Shown here piece by piece: positions 46,301 through 55,271 of a stretch of DNA of 64,000 nucleotides. The stretch lies in IMG/VR virus record IMGVR_UViG_3300042864_001264. The stretch is one strand, 5' to 3'. The notes under the pieces were generated by a model. It ran no database searches and was not told the DNA's origin. It was given only the letters and a program-made list of their open reading frames with translations. Within the stretch, counting starts at the first letter, position 1. The number at the start of each line of letters is the position of its first letter. Source of the DNA: an uncultured virus (IMG/VR IMGVR_UViG_3300042864_001264). Its lineage: Duplodnaviria > Heunggongvirae > Uroviricota > Caudoviricetes. The translations under genes and the position numbers were made by a program.

Positions 46301-49300
46301 TTGGCGGGCAGATCATGGATGGAGTTACTGGCTATGGAAAGAAAACTGCAAGAACTCCAAATGTAGAAGATAAAGCTTATTACAAGAAGCAGTTAAAAGA
46401 ATATTTAAGATTTATTAATAACCCAAGATATGAAGACGACATCAGAGTAAGAATGATTATGCTTGATGCTGCAGAGCTAGCACATACAGCAGGTATACCA
46501 GTAGACAAGGCTATAAAAATTGCTTCGAGTAATTTTGATTTAGCAAAGAGTGCATCTGGTGGATCAATTGAAAAGTTTATTGAACAAAGAATTAAGCAGG
46601 TCAAGGGCCTAGAGAGAAGATATCCATCATTAAAACATCCAGATTCTTCATCTACAAGAACTCCTAATAGCAAGGCTTTAAACTACAAGCTAAATGATGT
46701 TAGATCGGCAATGCTTAGGAGCCCAAGATTTAAAAATGTTTTTGATTTAATTGATGGAATATCTCCAACCACAATAAAGAACCCTGGTGGAATGCCTTTG
46801 CTAGAAGGACTTCATGTTAGAGGCCACGTACTTAGACACGGACAGGTAGGATACGCAACCAGAGGTCATATGGGAGTTGCAGCAGTACTTCCTCATGGAA
46901 TTAATAGTTTAATGTCACGACTTCAGGGGATAGGAATTTCTCCAGATGTACTAAGTTTAACAGGCCCAGATGCAAGAAAGAATTTTGAAATAGCGCTAAA
47001 GTCTGTCGGAATGCACAGAATGACAAGCGTAGACGACATTGCAACAGCGCTAGAAGACAATAATTTATTTAAGAGCAAATCAGAAATTCAATCAGGAAGA
47101 GCAATTAGAGCAACCTCAAAACAAAGAAATGATTTGCAAATGTTCCTAGAGGCAGTAATGTCTAGGAAAAAATGGGTTATGATCCCTAGAGGAAGACCTC
47201 CTATTATGACTCCAGTTCTTGCAAAATTAAATAAGGGTGGAATGATCCCAGGCGGAAGTATATCTAGGGGTAGAAGTTCTTATGGCAACCCAATGCCTTT
47301 ATTGGCACCAGAGAAGATGCTTAAAATTTTAACAACAGCAAAGCAATTAAGCTCAAGAGAAGCACTAGGCTCATTTGCCGATACACCAATAACTCAGTAC
47401 GGACATAGAATTGCTGGCAGCTCTGGCATGAGCTACCCGATACCTGGTGTATCTGGTGTATACAGAGACGCTAAAGGTAAACTAGTTTTTGTTAAAGGCG
47501 TCTCACATGAAGCAGTTGCAATTCATGAGCCAATAGGGGCGGACATTGTTAGAAAGGGGTTTAAGATAAATACCCCAGTAATGGGAGCTAGAACAGTATC
47601 TAATCCTTTAGACCCAACAAAAAATAGTAAACTTCTTGCTCTAGAATCAGACTACGACCCACGCTTTGTAAAAACTAATGTGCCATGGGATGAAGGTACA
47701 GTAATTAGACAGCTTGCCGCTTCTCTTCTTATGAATAATAAAGATTTGTCTAGGTCAAATGTATTTGGTAACTTTAATCCAGATGTTGGACAATCTGGAG
47801 TATTTACTAGAGCATCTGGAAATACAGCAGTCGCAAAAGCTGAAGAAATGAACTCAATGGAAAAACAAGCAATGATTAACTTGCTTGCTGTTAGAGGCGG
47901 AGCAAGAAAAGACTTTGCACGTGATACAGCTCCAATAGTTGCTAAGATGAGCCCAAGAAGATATGGTCGACTAATGAAGGATGCATTAGTGCAAGCTCGT
48001 CCAGAATTAGTAAAGATTATAAACGGATTGCCTAAAGAAATTCGTGGCCCTTATATTGCAATGCTTAAAAGGTTGGATGATGGAATCGAAGTTGATTGGA
48101 GTAAATACCATTCTTTGCATGCTAATCCAACATACCTTAATGCTGGAGGTCCAATCGGCGGAGGCTTAATTAGAAGAGGTAGATATGCCTACGGTGCTAA
48201 AAAAGATGGATCAAGAAGATCAGGAAATCCAGCAAAAAGAGCTGAGCAAGAAAGATTAAGAGCAGAAAGAGCAGCATCTTATCAGCCAACAAGATCTGGC
48301 TCTTCTTACACAGCTACTGGTAATCCACAAGTACAGGTTACCCGTGTCCCTTATGTTGGAGGAACTGGAGTACGTGGAAACGCTTACACTGGACAACTTA
48401 CTCCTTCTGCAGCTAGAACTATTAGCACAATGAGGCTGGCACAATTCCCTTATATGAATATGCCAACTATGCCAATGAACATTCCAGGGATTGGAAATAC
48501 AGCAGCAATAACACAAGCATTTTCGTCTGTATCTTCTTCTATACAAAAGGGTTCAATAAGATTCAACCTAGAGCTACTCAACGCAGCTAGTAAAATGGGA
48601 ATTGCCTATAAGCAGTCTACAATGTCAATCATAAATGTTTCAAAGACTGCAGTAGCAACAGCTAGAAATTTTGCAACATCATCAGCTGATATGGCTAAAG
48701 GTTTTGTGCAAAGAAGACAAGCTGAAATATTAAGAGAGCAGGCTTTAGTTACAGCAAGACATTATCCTAATGGAGGATTCGATCCTTATCAAAGATCATA
48801 CTTCGGGCCTGGAATGGTCGGAGACTGGAGAAGCACTGGTCAAGATGGAATACAGAAAAGAAAAGTAGGAAGCCTCGGATTTAGAAAAACAGAGTATATG
48901 ATTGATGGTCAGCATATGACTAAGGCTCAAGCAAAGGCAGCAGGAGTTGCTTTGCCTCCAAGAGGTATGGGCATGGGCAGCCAAATGGGAATCGGAATGG
49001 CTGGATCAATGGGCGGTATGGCCTTGATGCAGAAAGAAAAGGTTAACGTACTTGGTTATGAAATGTCTGGAGCATCAGCAGGAATGGGTGTTATGGCTGC
49101 AAGCAGCATACTTCCATTCTTACCATATGCAAAAATGGGTGCTGGACTTAAGAGCGCAGGAACTGCATCAGTAGGTCTTGCAAAAGGAATGGCAGCGGCA
49201 GCTAAAGCTGGAACATTCTTTATAAAAATACTTCCAAAATTGCTACACTTTGCCAAAGCCTTTGGCCCAATCGGATTAGTTATAACAGCAGCTGCAACCG

Positions 49301-52300
49301 CATTCTCAATATTTAAGGCCAATAACGACGCATGGCAAGATGCCAGAATGGGTCTTTCTATGACCGAAAAGGCGGCAGAGCAGGCTGGAGTTAAATACTT
49401 TAACCTTCAAGAAACAATGCAAGGCTATCTTGATAAGCAAAAGGCTGTAGCAATTGCAGGCAAGGCCTCACAGTATAATTCAATAGGAATGCCTGGACTT
49501 CCACAGTCTATAGAAGACATGAAGAAGGCAAAAGAAGAGGGTAAGGGCCTAACAGATTTAATTGAATCTATTAATAGGTCTACAAGTGCTGCTGAAACTA
49601 AGAGACTCGTAGCAAATCAAAAAGCACAATATATTGCAGGTGGAATGAGCATAGCGGACGCAAATAGAAAAATATACGGAGCGATGCTTAACAGTGAAAA
49701 ATCAGGTCAAGTATTTAATATTATAGGCAACAGTGCATTTGGATCAATTACTGATAAGGCTTCAGCAGCAGAATATTCTGTTAAGAGCTTAATCAATACA
49801 TTAAATAATGGCGACGGAACCGCTGACTGGGGCAAAGAAGTTGGCGTAGGCTTTGAAGGATTAATAAATGTATTTAGCTCAGCTACAAATTCTTTGATTG
49901 GAACAAAAGATGCTTTAGGAAATGTAATAGACGAGTACACTGCATATCAAATGGTTATGAGTGATGCAGAAAGTAATAATCCAAAAATTAATGAGGCAAT
50001 AGGACAAAGTGTTTATTCAAATTTAATTGACTCACAGCCACTGTTAGAGCTAATTGCAAATAAATCAGATAGCATTAAAGGCATATTGGCAAAGTGGAAG
50101 TTGTTTACATCTGGAGTTAATATAGACTTAAGTAAGATTGATTCAACCTTAGCAATTAAATTAGCTGGATTTTCCCAAGCAATTGGAACAGGAATTCAAA
50201 AATTAACTAATTCAGCTGATAATGCAACTACATTCTCTTCAGTTGGATCGGCACTAGAAAGATTAAAGAAGACCATCGGATCTGTATCTGCAGCATCTCA
50301 AAGAGCAGCTAATGCTGCACAAAGAAGTGCACAAGAAGAGTTAAAGCTAATTTCCAAAAAGATTAAACTTATTGATGATGAAAAAAATAAAAAGCTGGAA
50401 GCGCTAAGAGCAACACAAGAAGCATCTAACTATGCGCTATCTTTGCAAAAGCTACAGATAGAATATGCTGATGCGGTATCTCGTGGAGACATGGCTACAG
50501 CAAATCGTGCTCAGCTAGAGATAGATCAGCTTACAATGAACAGGCAAACAGAACTTGCCACTAAAGCAATTGAAGATGCTGCAGCAAAAGCTAAGGCACC
50601 ACTAGAAAAGAAGGCGACTGACATACAGGATGCCTCAGATAAACGATCTAATACTATTGCAACAAATCAAGACAAAGCCGCTTCTGCATCAGAAATAGCT
50701 GCAAAGCTTACAGAGTTCCAAGAAAAATATAACGAAATAGTTGAAAGAGGAATTCAGGCTCAGGTACTTCCAGATGCAGAAAGAAAGAAAGAAGAAAAAG
50801 CAGTTAGAGAGTCTTTACTTGCATTTGCTAAAGAAGTTCAAAATGCTGGAACTGGAAGCTCTGCTCTTTCAAAAGAAATACGTAACGCATTCTTTAAGCT
50901 AGGGCTATTTGACAAAGATGGAAAAGCAATTCCAGTAACTACAACAAAACCTACAGGCGGAATGCCAACAGGAGTTGATGCAAACGGCAAACCAATAATT
51001 CCAACTACCACTACAATAAACTCAGGGCTAACAGAGCAATTTGCTAAAGATATGAAGGCAGTAACCTCCCTTGCACTAGATATAACTGGAGGAACTACTT
51101 TAAATCAACTCAGACTAGATTTGCTAAAAGCTCTAGGAAAAAGCAGTTCAGCAACAGCTGACCCAACAACAGTTGGAGGCAAGGTTGTGCCTGGTAAAGG
51201 TGGAAATCCAACAAAGTACTTTGACTCTAAGGGTAACCAGATAACAAAAGAGCAATATGAAAGTATGCCATCTTCTTCACCTGGCGGCGGAACTAATTTT
51301 TCAGTACCTATAGATGGATTAAAGAGCAAATCTTTTGGAAGCATGTCTGCTGTACAGAGAGAATTTTTTGAGTTAAATGGTGGTAAAGGAGAGTACAAGA
51401 GTGTTGATGGATATAAATACTTAGCAAATGGTTTGGTCTACAAAGACAAAGCTATTGTAGGCCGATGGTGGCATTTCTTGCCAAATGGTAATGGCAGAGT
51501 TAAAACTTATAGTGAGGGATCCCCTGGAGGAGTTGTATCTGGTCCAGGAACTGGAACATCTGATTCTATTCCAGCAATGCTTTCAAATGGAGAGTATGTA
51601 ATAAAAGCAGCTTCTGTTGCGAAATATGGAACTCAAACATTTGATGCACTGAATGCTGGAAAATATGCAGATGGTGGTTTAGTACTTAATGAGCCAAGGC
51701 CTGCAGTCGACTATACCCCACTTCCCTCTACACCAATATCAAAGCTAGGTAAAACTACACAAGCGCAGATTAAGTATTTAAGAGATTGGACCAATTTATT
51801 AAACACCTACTATGCTGCAAAGTACAAGGACATTTTTAGCTTTAAGCCAGGAGAAAAAATTGTAACTTCATTAGATACAATGCCTGTTGTCAAAGGCACC
51901 AAGGTAGTTAAAGATCCAGATAAAGCTTTACTTGATACCCAACAGTACGGGGGGCAATATAGACATTACGATTCTTCAATAACTATGGGCTTAGGCTTGG
52001 CTGGAAAACCAATGTTTATACCAAATCCAATAAATGAACCATCCACAATGAAAAATCTTAATCTAATCTCGTCCTTTCCGTTTTTAGCAAAAGGAATGTC
52101 TCCAGTTGATTACATAGAATCTATTTCAAAGGATGCACAAAAAAATCCATATGGAAGAATGGAAATTTTAACTACATTATTCCATGAATTTGCTCATGCG
52201 CTACAATTTAGAATAAACGGATACATAAAAAATTCACAAAAATCAAGAGGATTAACTGATGTAGGAGATCCCAATAAGCCAACTCCAGGATTCCTTAATA

Positions 52301-54681
52301 TAGAATCTGGAGCCGATGTAATGGCTGGCGGTATATTTAAAGAAATGTATTCCAACGGATATATTCCTCAAATAAAAAAGTCTGTTATAGACACGCTTCT
52401 TAAAAGCCAAACTCTGACTGCATCTTACGGAGATGTCCCAGCATTTGATAAAAGAGATCCATCTTCTGAAAACTTCACCTGGCATCCATATAACAATAAT
52501 TTTAGATTTAAATCTGTTATGACAGGATTTGGAATGGGTGACAGTGCATCTTTTGACGATACACTTACACTTAGAAAACAGTACCTCACAGAAAATGGTG
52601 GAGTTCCAATAACATTTGCAGAAATAGGCGACTCTGCTGCAGCAATTGCTGCAATAACTCCAAACATGATTCCAAAGGGATTTCATAAAGGAGGGCCAGT
52701 CGGTCATAGGCATGGAAGAAATGCTCCTTCAACATCTGGCAATACAGCTCCTTCACAAGGTTCTTGGTGGGATAAACTTGGATTAAAGATGTCTTATAAG
52801 CCAGACGGAATGATGAACCCTGTAGGAATGACTGGGTTTGGCATTCTTGATGCAATAAAATCTTTAGGTGCCGTAGCTATCGGCAGTGTTGTTCCATCTC
52901 TTCCTGCAAGAGAAAGAGACATAGCAAGCGCTGCAGAAACAACACTTGTAGGTCCAGCATCCAGATTATTTGGAAGTGAAAGATTCCCAAGTCCATGGGG
53001 AGAATCAGGGCTAGGAATGTCAAGCGGATGGTCAAAAGGAATGGATGTGGCTTCTATATTAGCAGCCGTTGTACCATTTGGAATGGTAGCCAGAACTTCT
53101 CAACAAACAGCAGTAAATGCTGCAGCATTTCCAGCAGCAAGAGCAGCAGCATCAGTAGGTCTTGCTAAACCAAAACCAACATTGCCATCACTGATGCCTG
53201 ATGTCTTAAAGCCCAAAAAAGTCATGCCATCCGAATATTCTTTAGCCTATGATGCATCTGGATCTATGCATAGAATAGAAGTTAAATTAGGAGATGAGGT
53301 TGCAGGATACCTAACATGGGATAAAGAGACGGGGGTTGTTGAAAACTTACAGGTATACCCTAAACACCAAGGCAAGAATGTTGCAACAGCAATGTACAAC
53401 AAGGCTCAAACAATTGCCCCAATTACACACAGCTCATACAGAACTCCAGCTGGTGATATATTTGCACACAGCATTGGAGACCCAGTTGTACCTTTAAACG
53501 ATAGTTGGCTTCCAGGAGATTGGACACAGGCGCAACTTGACGCAGCAAAACTTAGAAATAAAAATCATGTAGTTACACAATTACCTAAAGTTAAAGATCC
53601 AGACCTAGATGGCTTCTCTGGACCAGATATAGTTGGAGGACAAAGGGTAGTAGGAACTGAAAACTGGGGCAGCCTAATAACAGAAAATAGTGATATTATG
53701 AAAATATTAACTGAATTAAGCGCATTTTATAAAGTTGATGTTCGTCCTTCAGTTATTAGACAGAAAATGACTCCTGGCACCGCTGGATATCATCGCAGTG
53801 ACACACAGTCAGTGTATTTCCCAGATAAAACTAGGGGTGCCGTTGTAGCTCATGAAATAACGCATGCGGCGGACTTTCAGGGAGCTTATTGGTCTTTTGA
53901 GGACATGCTGAAGTATCTATTAAAGACAGATAGAAAAGCCGCAGAGATAGTATTTAATGAATCAATGATGAATTCTTATGGCGTAGCTAAAAGTGGTGGA
54001 AATAGACCAGCATGGCTTTATGATTCGGTAGCCAGCAATCTAGAAACATATGCACCACAGCATCTACCATACTGGAGAGGCCTATTAGAAAAAAATGCAA
54101 ATTCGCAAATACCTAATATAAAGCCTGCAGGATTAGATTTGGGCAATCCTTATGCTGATATATATGGATTTAAATTAGCTTCAATGCTTAAGTCATCTAT
54201 GCGTGAAGGGTCCACACACTATAGAAGTCCTAAATTTTGGGAAGCACTAATAGCAGATGAAAATATTCCTTCCCACCTTGCTAAAAAAGGAGAAGGTTAT
54301 ATCGCGGCATTAAATAGATATCGTGTGGATGAAACTACACCAAATGATTCATTCCAGCTTAAAAAATTATTGGAGTACGCAATAGCGACTAAAATGGCTA
54401 AGGGTGGATTAGTGGGAATACCTAAATTTGAAGCGGGAATTAATGTGGTCCCAGCTGACATGTTAGCAATGATTCATAAGAATGAAGCGGTAATTCCAGC
54501 CAACATGAATCCATTTAATCCAAATGCTACATCTTCCGCCGTGGCATCAGGATCAGTATATAATATTAATGTAGAGCTAAACGGAACTACAGTAACAGCA
54601 AAAGACGTTGCAATGGAAATACATAGAGAGATGAGAATAAAAGAAATGGCAGCTGGAGTAAATAGAACGGTGGGCAAATAA
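43306..54681 (+). CDS. Tape measure protein, 3791 aa, with embedded enzymatic modules
   Basis: N-terminal TP901-type TMP core, GPGTGTSDSIPAMLSNGEYV motif, position after the chaperones, and internal kinase-like, HExxH and GNAT segments. Confidence 0.92.
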   Translation: MADEQIVTSIVAKADLSSLVSEVHRASSSLQQLQRELLSSNRAIASSTKLANNLFRDTLTGSGQFSSHFVNLNSDVDKFGKNLDAGRLKLKNYFSTFREHATTQKGMIRELAKEQVMLQNSVLQPLGRNAQGLMQYNVMIPRGLDAVKNSAQLARMEMQIMNRALSEGAGSLINWGKNTQWAGRQLTVGLTVPLTMFGAAAGKAFREADQELVRLTKVYGGLASTSAADLKAIREEVVQTAKSLSQTMGASFKDTIALGADIAATGKMGNDLLGSIEETTRLAILGEVDRQDAMKATLSIQTAFKQNTEELTASINFLNAVENQTSTTLNDLVEAIPKAGPVVQQLGGSIEDLALYMTAMREGGINASEGANALKSGLASLINPTKQTIGMMSDFGIDVMGMVAKNTGDTTGLLMDLQFALDKLDPLSKARAMEQMFGKFQFARMSALLNNLGKEGSQTLQVMELMKASTSDLAGIAERELGMITESASGKYRRAMESLKASLADIGEDFLPVATKLINAASKILDFFSNLPAPIKKAVTFMAGFTALVGPLIMLTGVLANFFGYITKGIVQLRAFFMKASGWKMLTPEIIAAQKAAEMVENAFYSDAAAAQVLHNALQKLVLDYQNLQAASMKGAVPVNPGVSTVGGSTIVTAGRRIVDASDPYVGDPNTRAMSHINPRDPNNPATIFGGVPGAVPVNRGIARTPQMYMHDRLPNVEGLTSVKGISTGIVPGEAAKFHALMATLGMQTEQEVASLKKTIAMGGTVSRELLDTFDDILPITQRFADSAATQAAAIVQQLRNSEITVEQAKARILALNAQIEADMGAAVTAYAASRGRTIDLTRAPMMGQPVVDANGQFTLRDLYKKKANASVMEEFGRLRGIRTFGAPYSIQTTRMPRFNDGGGIESFGPGKTMVSGPSSINYDDRLGSVPVGGYVLNQQAAMDPANAALVAMAPSTYLNNGGNITAALTPREVVFGPQIQRMPELYAAVDAANNGYNFGGQIMDGVTGYGKKTARTPNVEDKAYYKKQLKEYLRFINNPRYEDDIRVRMIMLDAAELAHTAGIPVDKAIKIASSNFDLAKSASGGSIEKFIEQRIKQVKGLERRYPSLKHPDSSSTRTPNSKALNYKLNDVRSAMLRSPRFKNVFDLIDGISPTTIKNPGGMPLLEGLHVRGHVLRHGQVGYATRGHMGVAAVLPHGINSLMSRLQGIGISPDVLSLTGPDARKNFEIALKSVGMHRMTSVDDIATALEDNNLFKSKSEIQSGRAIRATSKQRNDLQMFLEAVMSRKKWVMIPRGRPPIMTPVLAKLNKGGMIPGGSISRGRSSYGNPMPLLAPEKMLKILTTAKQLSSREALGSFADTPITQYGHRIAGSSGMSYPIPGVSGVYRDAKGKLVFVKGVSHEAVAIHEPIGADIVRKGFKINTPVMGARTVSNPLDPTKNSKLLALESDYDPRFVKTNVPWDEGTVIRQLAASLLMNNKDLSRSNVFGNFNPDVGQSGVFTRASGNTAVAKAEEMNSMEKQAMINLLAVRGGARKDFARDTAPIVAKMSPRRYGRLMKDALVQARPELVKIINGLPKEIRGPYIAMLKRLDDGIEVDWSKYHSLHANPTYLNAGGPIGGGLIRRGRYAYGAKKDGSRRSGNPAKRAEQERLRAERAASYQPTRSGSSYTATGNPQVQVTRVPYVGGTGVRGNAYTGQLTPSAARTISTMRLAQFPYMNMPTMPMNIPGIGNTAAITQAFSSVSSSIQKGSIRFNLELLNAASKMGIAYKQSTMSIINVSKTAVATARNFATSSADMAKGFVQRRQAEILREQALVTARHYPNGGFDPYQRSYFGPGMVGDWRSTGQDGIQKRKVGSLGFRKTEYMIDGQHMTKAQAKAAGVALPPRGMGMGSQMGIGMAGSMGGMALMQKEKVNVLGYEMSGASAGMGVMAASSILPFLPYAKMGAGLKSAGTASVGLAKGMAAAAKAGTFFIKILPKLLHFAKAFGPIGLVITAAATAFSIFKANNDAWQDARMGLSMTEKAAEQAGVKYFNLQETMQGYLDKQKAVAIAGKASQYNSIGMPGLPQSIEDMKKAKEEGKGLTDLIESINRSTSAAETKRLVANQKAQYIAGGMSIADANRKIYGAMLNSEKSGQVFNIIGNSAFGSITDKASAAEYSVKSLINTLNNGDGTADWGKEVGVGFEGLINVFSSATNSLIGTKDALGNVIDEYTAYQMVMSDAESNNPKINEAIGQSVYSNLIDSQPLLELIANKSDSIKGILAKWKLFTSGVNIDLSKIDSTLAIKLAGFSQAIGTGIQKLTNSADNATTFSSVGSALERLKKTIGSVSAASQRAANAAQRSAQEELKLISKKIKLIDDEKNKKLEALRATQEASNYALSLQKLQIEYADAVSRGDMATANRAQLEIDQLTMNRQTELATKAIEDAAAKAKAPLEKKATDIQDASDKRSNTIATNQDKAASASEIAAKLTEFQEKYNEIVERGIQAQVLPDAERKKEEKAVRESLLAFAKEVQNAGTGSSALSKEIRNAFFKLGLFDKDGKAIPVTTTKPTGGMPTGVDANGKPIIPTTTTINSGLTEQFAKDMKAVTSLALDITGGTTLNQLRLDLLKALGKSSSATADPTTVGGKVVPGKGGNPTKYFDSKGNQITKEQYESMPSSSPGGGTNFSVPIDGLKSKSFGSMSAVQREFFELNGGKGEYKSVDGYKYLANGLVYKDKAIVGRWWHFLPNGNGRVKTYSEGSPGGVVSGPGTGTSDSIPAMLSNGEYVIKAASVAKYGTQTFDALNAGKYADGGLVLNEPRPAVDYTPLPSTPISKLGKTTQAQIKYLRDWTNLLNTYYAAKYKDIFSFKPGEKIVTSLDTMPVVKGTKVVKDPDKALLDTQQYGGQYRHYDSSITMGLGLAGKPMFIPNPINEPSTMKNLNLISSFPFLAKGMSPVDYIESISKDAQKNPYGRMEILTTLFHEFAHALQFRINGYIKNSQKSRGLTDVGDPNKPTPGFLNIESGADVMAGGIFKEMYSNGYIPQIKKSVIDTLLKSQTLTASYGDVPAFDKRDPSSENFTWHPYNNNFRFKSVMTGFGMGDSASFDDTLTLRKQYLTENGGVPITFAEIGDSAAAIAAITPNMIPKGFHKGGPVGHRHGRNAPSTSGNTAPSQGSWWDKLGLKMSYKPDGMMNPVGMTGFGILDAIKSLGAVAIGSVVPSLPARERDIASAAETTLVGPASRLFGSERFPSPWGESGLGMSSGWSKGMDVASILAAVVPFGMVARTSQQTAVNAAAFPAARAAASVGLAKPKPTLPSLMPDVLKPKKVMPSEYSLAYDASGSMHRIEVKLGDEVAGYLTWDKETGVVENLQVYPKHQGKNVATAMYNKAQTIAPITHSSYRTPAGDIFAHSIGDPVVPLNDSWLPGDWTQAQLDAAKLRNKNHVVTQLPKVKDPDLDGFSGPDIVGGQRVVGTENWGSLITENSDIMKILTELSAFYKVDVRPSVIRQKMTPGTAGYHRSDTQSVYFPDKTRGAVVAHEITHAADFQGAYWSFEDMLKYLLKTDRKAAEIVFNESMMNSYGVAKSGGNRPAWLYDSVASNLETYAPQHLPYWRGLLEKNANSQIPNIKPAGLDLGNPYADIYGFKLASMLKSSMREGSTHYRSPKFWEALIADENIPSHLAKKGEGYIAALNRYRVDETTPNDSFQLKKLLEYAIATKMAKGGLVGIPKFEAGINVVPADMLAMIHKNEAVIPANMNPFNPNATSSAVASGSVYNINVELNGTTVTAKDVAMEIHREMRIKEMAAGVNRTVGK

Positions 54682-55271
54682 TGAGTTTTCAAAAACTACC
54701 CAAAGGATCAATTCTATACATTGAGGCAACAGACCCATATGCAATTGATACAGCTACTAACTCTTTTGATTATAAAGGCGGAACTGCAGTTGCTCCAGGA
54801 AACACATATACATCTGCAGTAGCAACAACCAACGGGCTAGCCCTAAGCTCAAAAACACAATTAAGATTTAGAAGAGTTTCAGAGCATAATAGAAGTCCAT
54901 TGTCTTTTAATAATAATAGAATTGAGCAGTCTACCAGAATGGCAAACGGAACCCTTAGAAGATATTTTGTTGCAGATAAATTAAATATATCTATGTCCTG
55001 GGAAATGCTTCCATCTTTTCGAAATGAAACAGTTGACGGAGGTTGGGGGGCTGAAGATTTAAAGAATTTTTATGAGAGCCCAGCTGGCCGTGGCCCCTTT
55101 AGAATAAAACTTAATCCAACAGCTTTTAATCCAGAGTTAGTTGAACAAGCCGATGGATTTTTAGCAGATGACTATACGTATACGGTTATGTTTACTTCAT
55201 GTGATTTTTCTATTGTAAAAAGAGGACTTCAGACCTACTGGAATGTTACCATATCACTGGAGCAAGTATGA
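54681..55271 (+). CDS. Distal tail-like protein
   Basis: Immediately after the TMP; RMANGTLR and W.V.ISLEQV motifs. Confidence 0.7.
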   Translation: MSFQKLPKGSILYIEATDPYAIDTATNSFDYKGGTAVAPGNTYTSAVATTNGLALSSKTQLRFRRVSEHNRSPLSFNNNRIEQSTRMANGTLRRYFVADKLNISMSWEMLPSFRNETVDGGWGAEDLKNFYESPAGRGPFRIKLNPTAFNPELVEQADGFLADDYTYTVMFTSCDFSIVKRGLQTYWNVTISLEQV

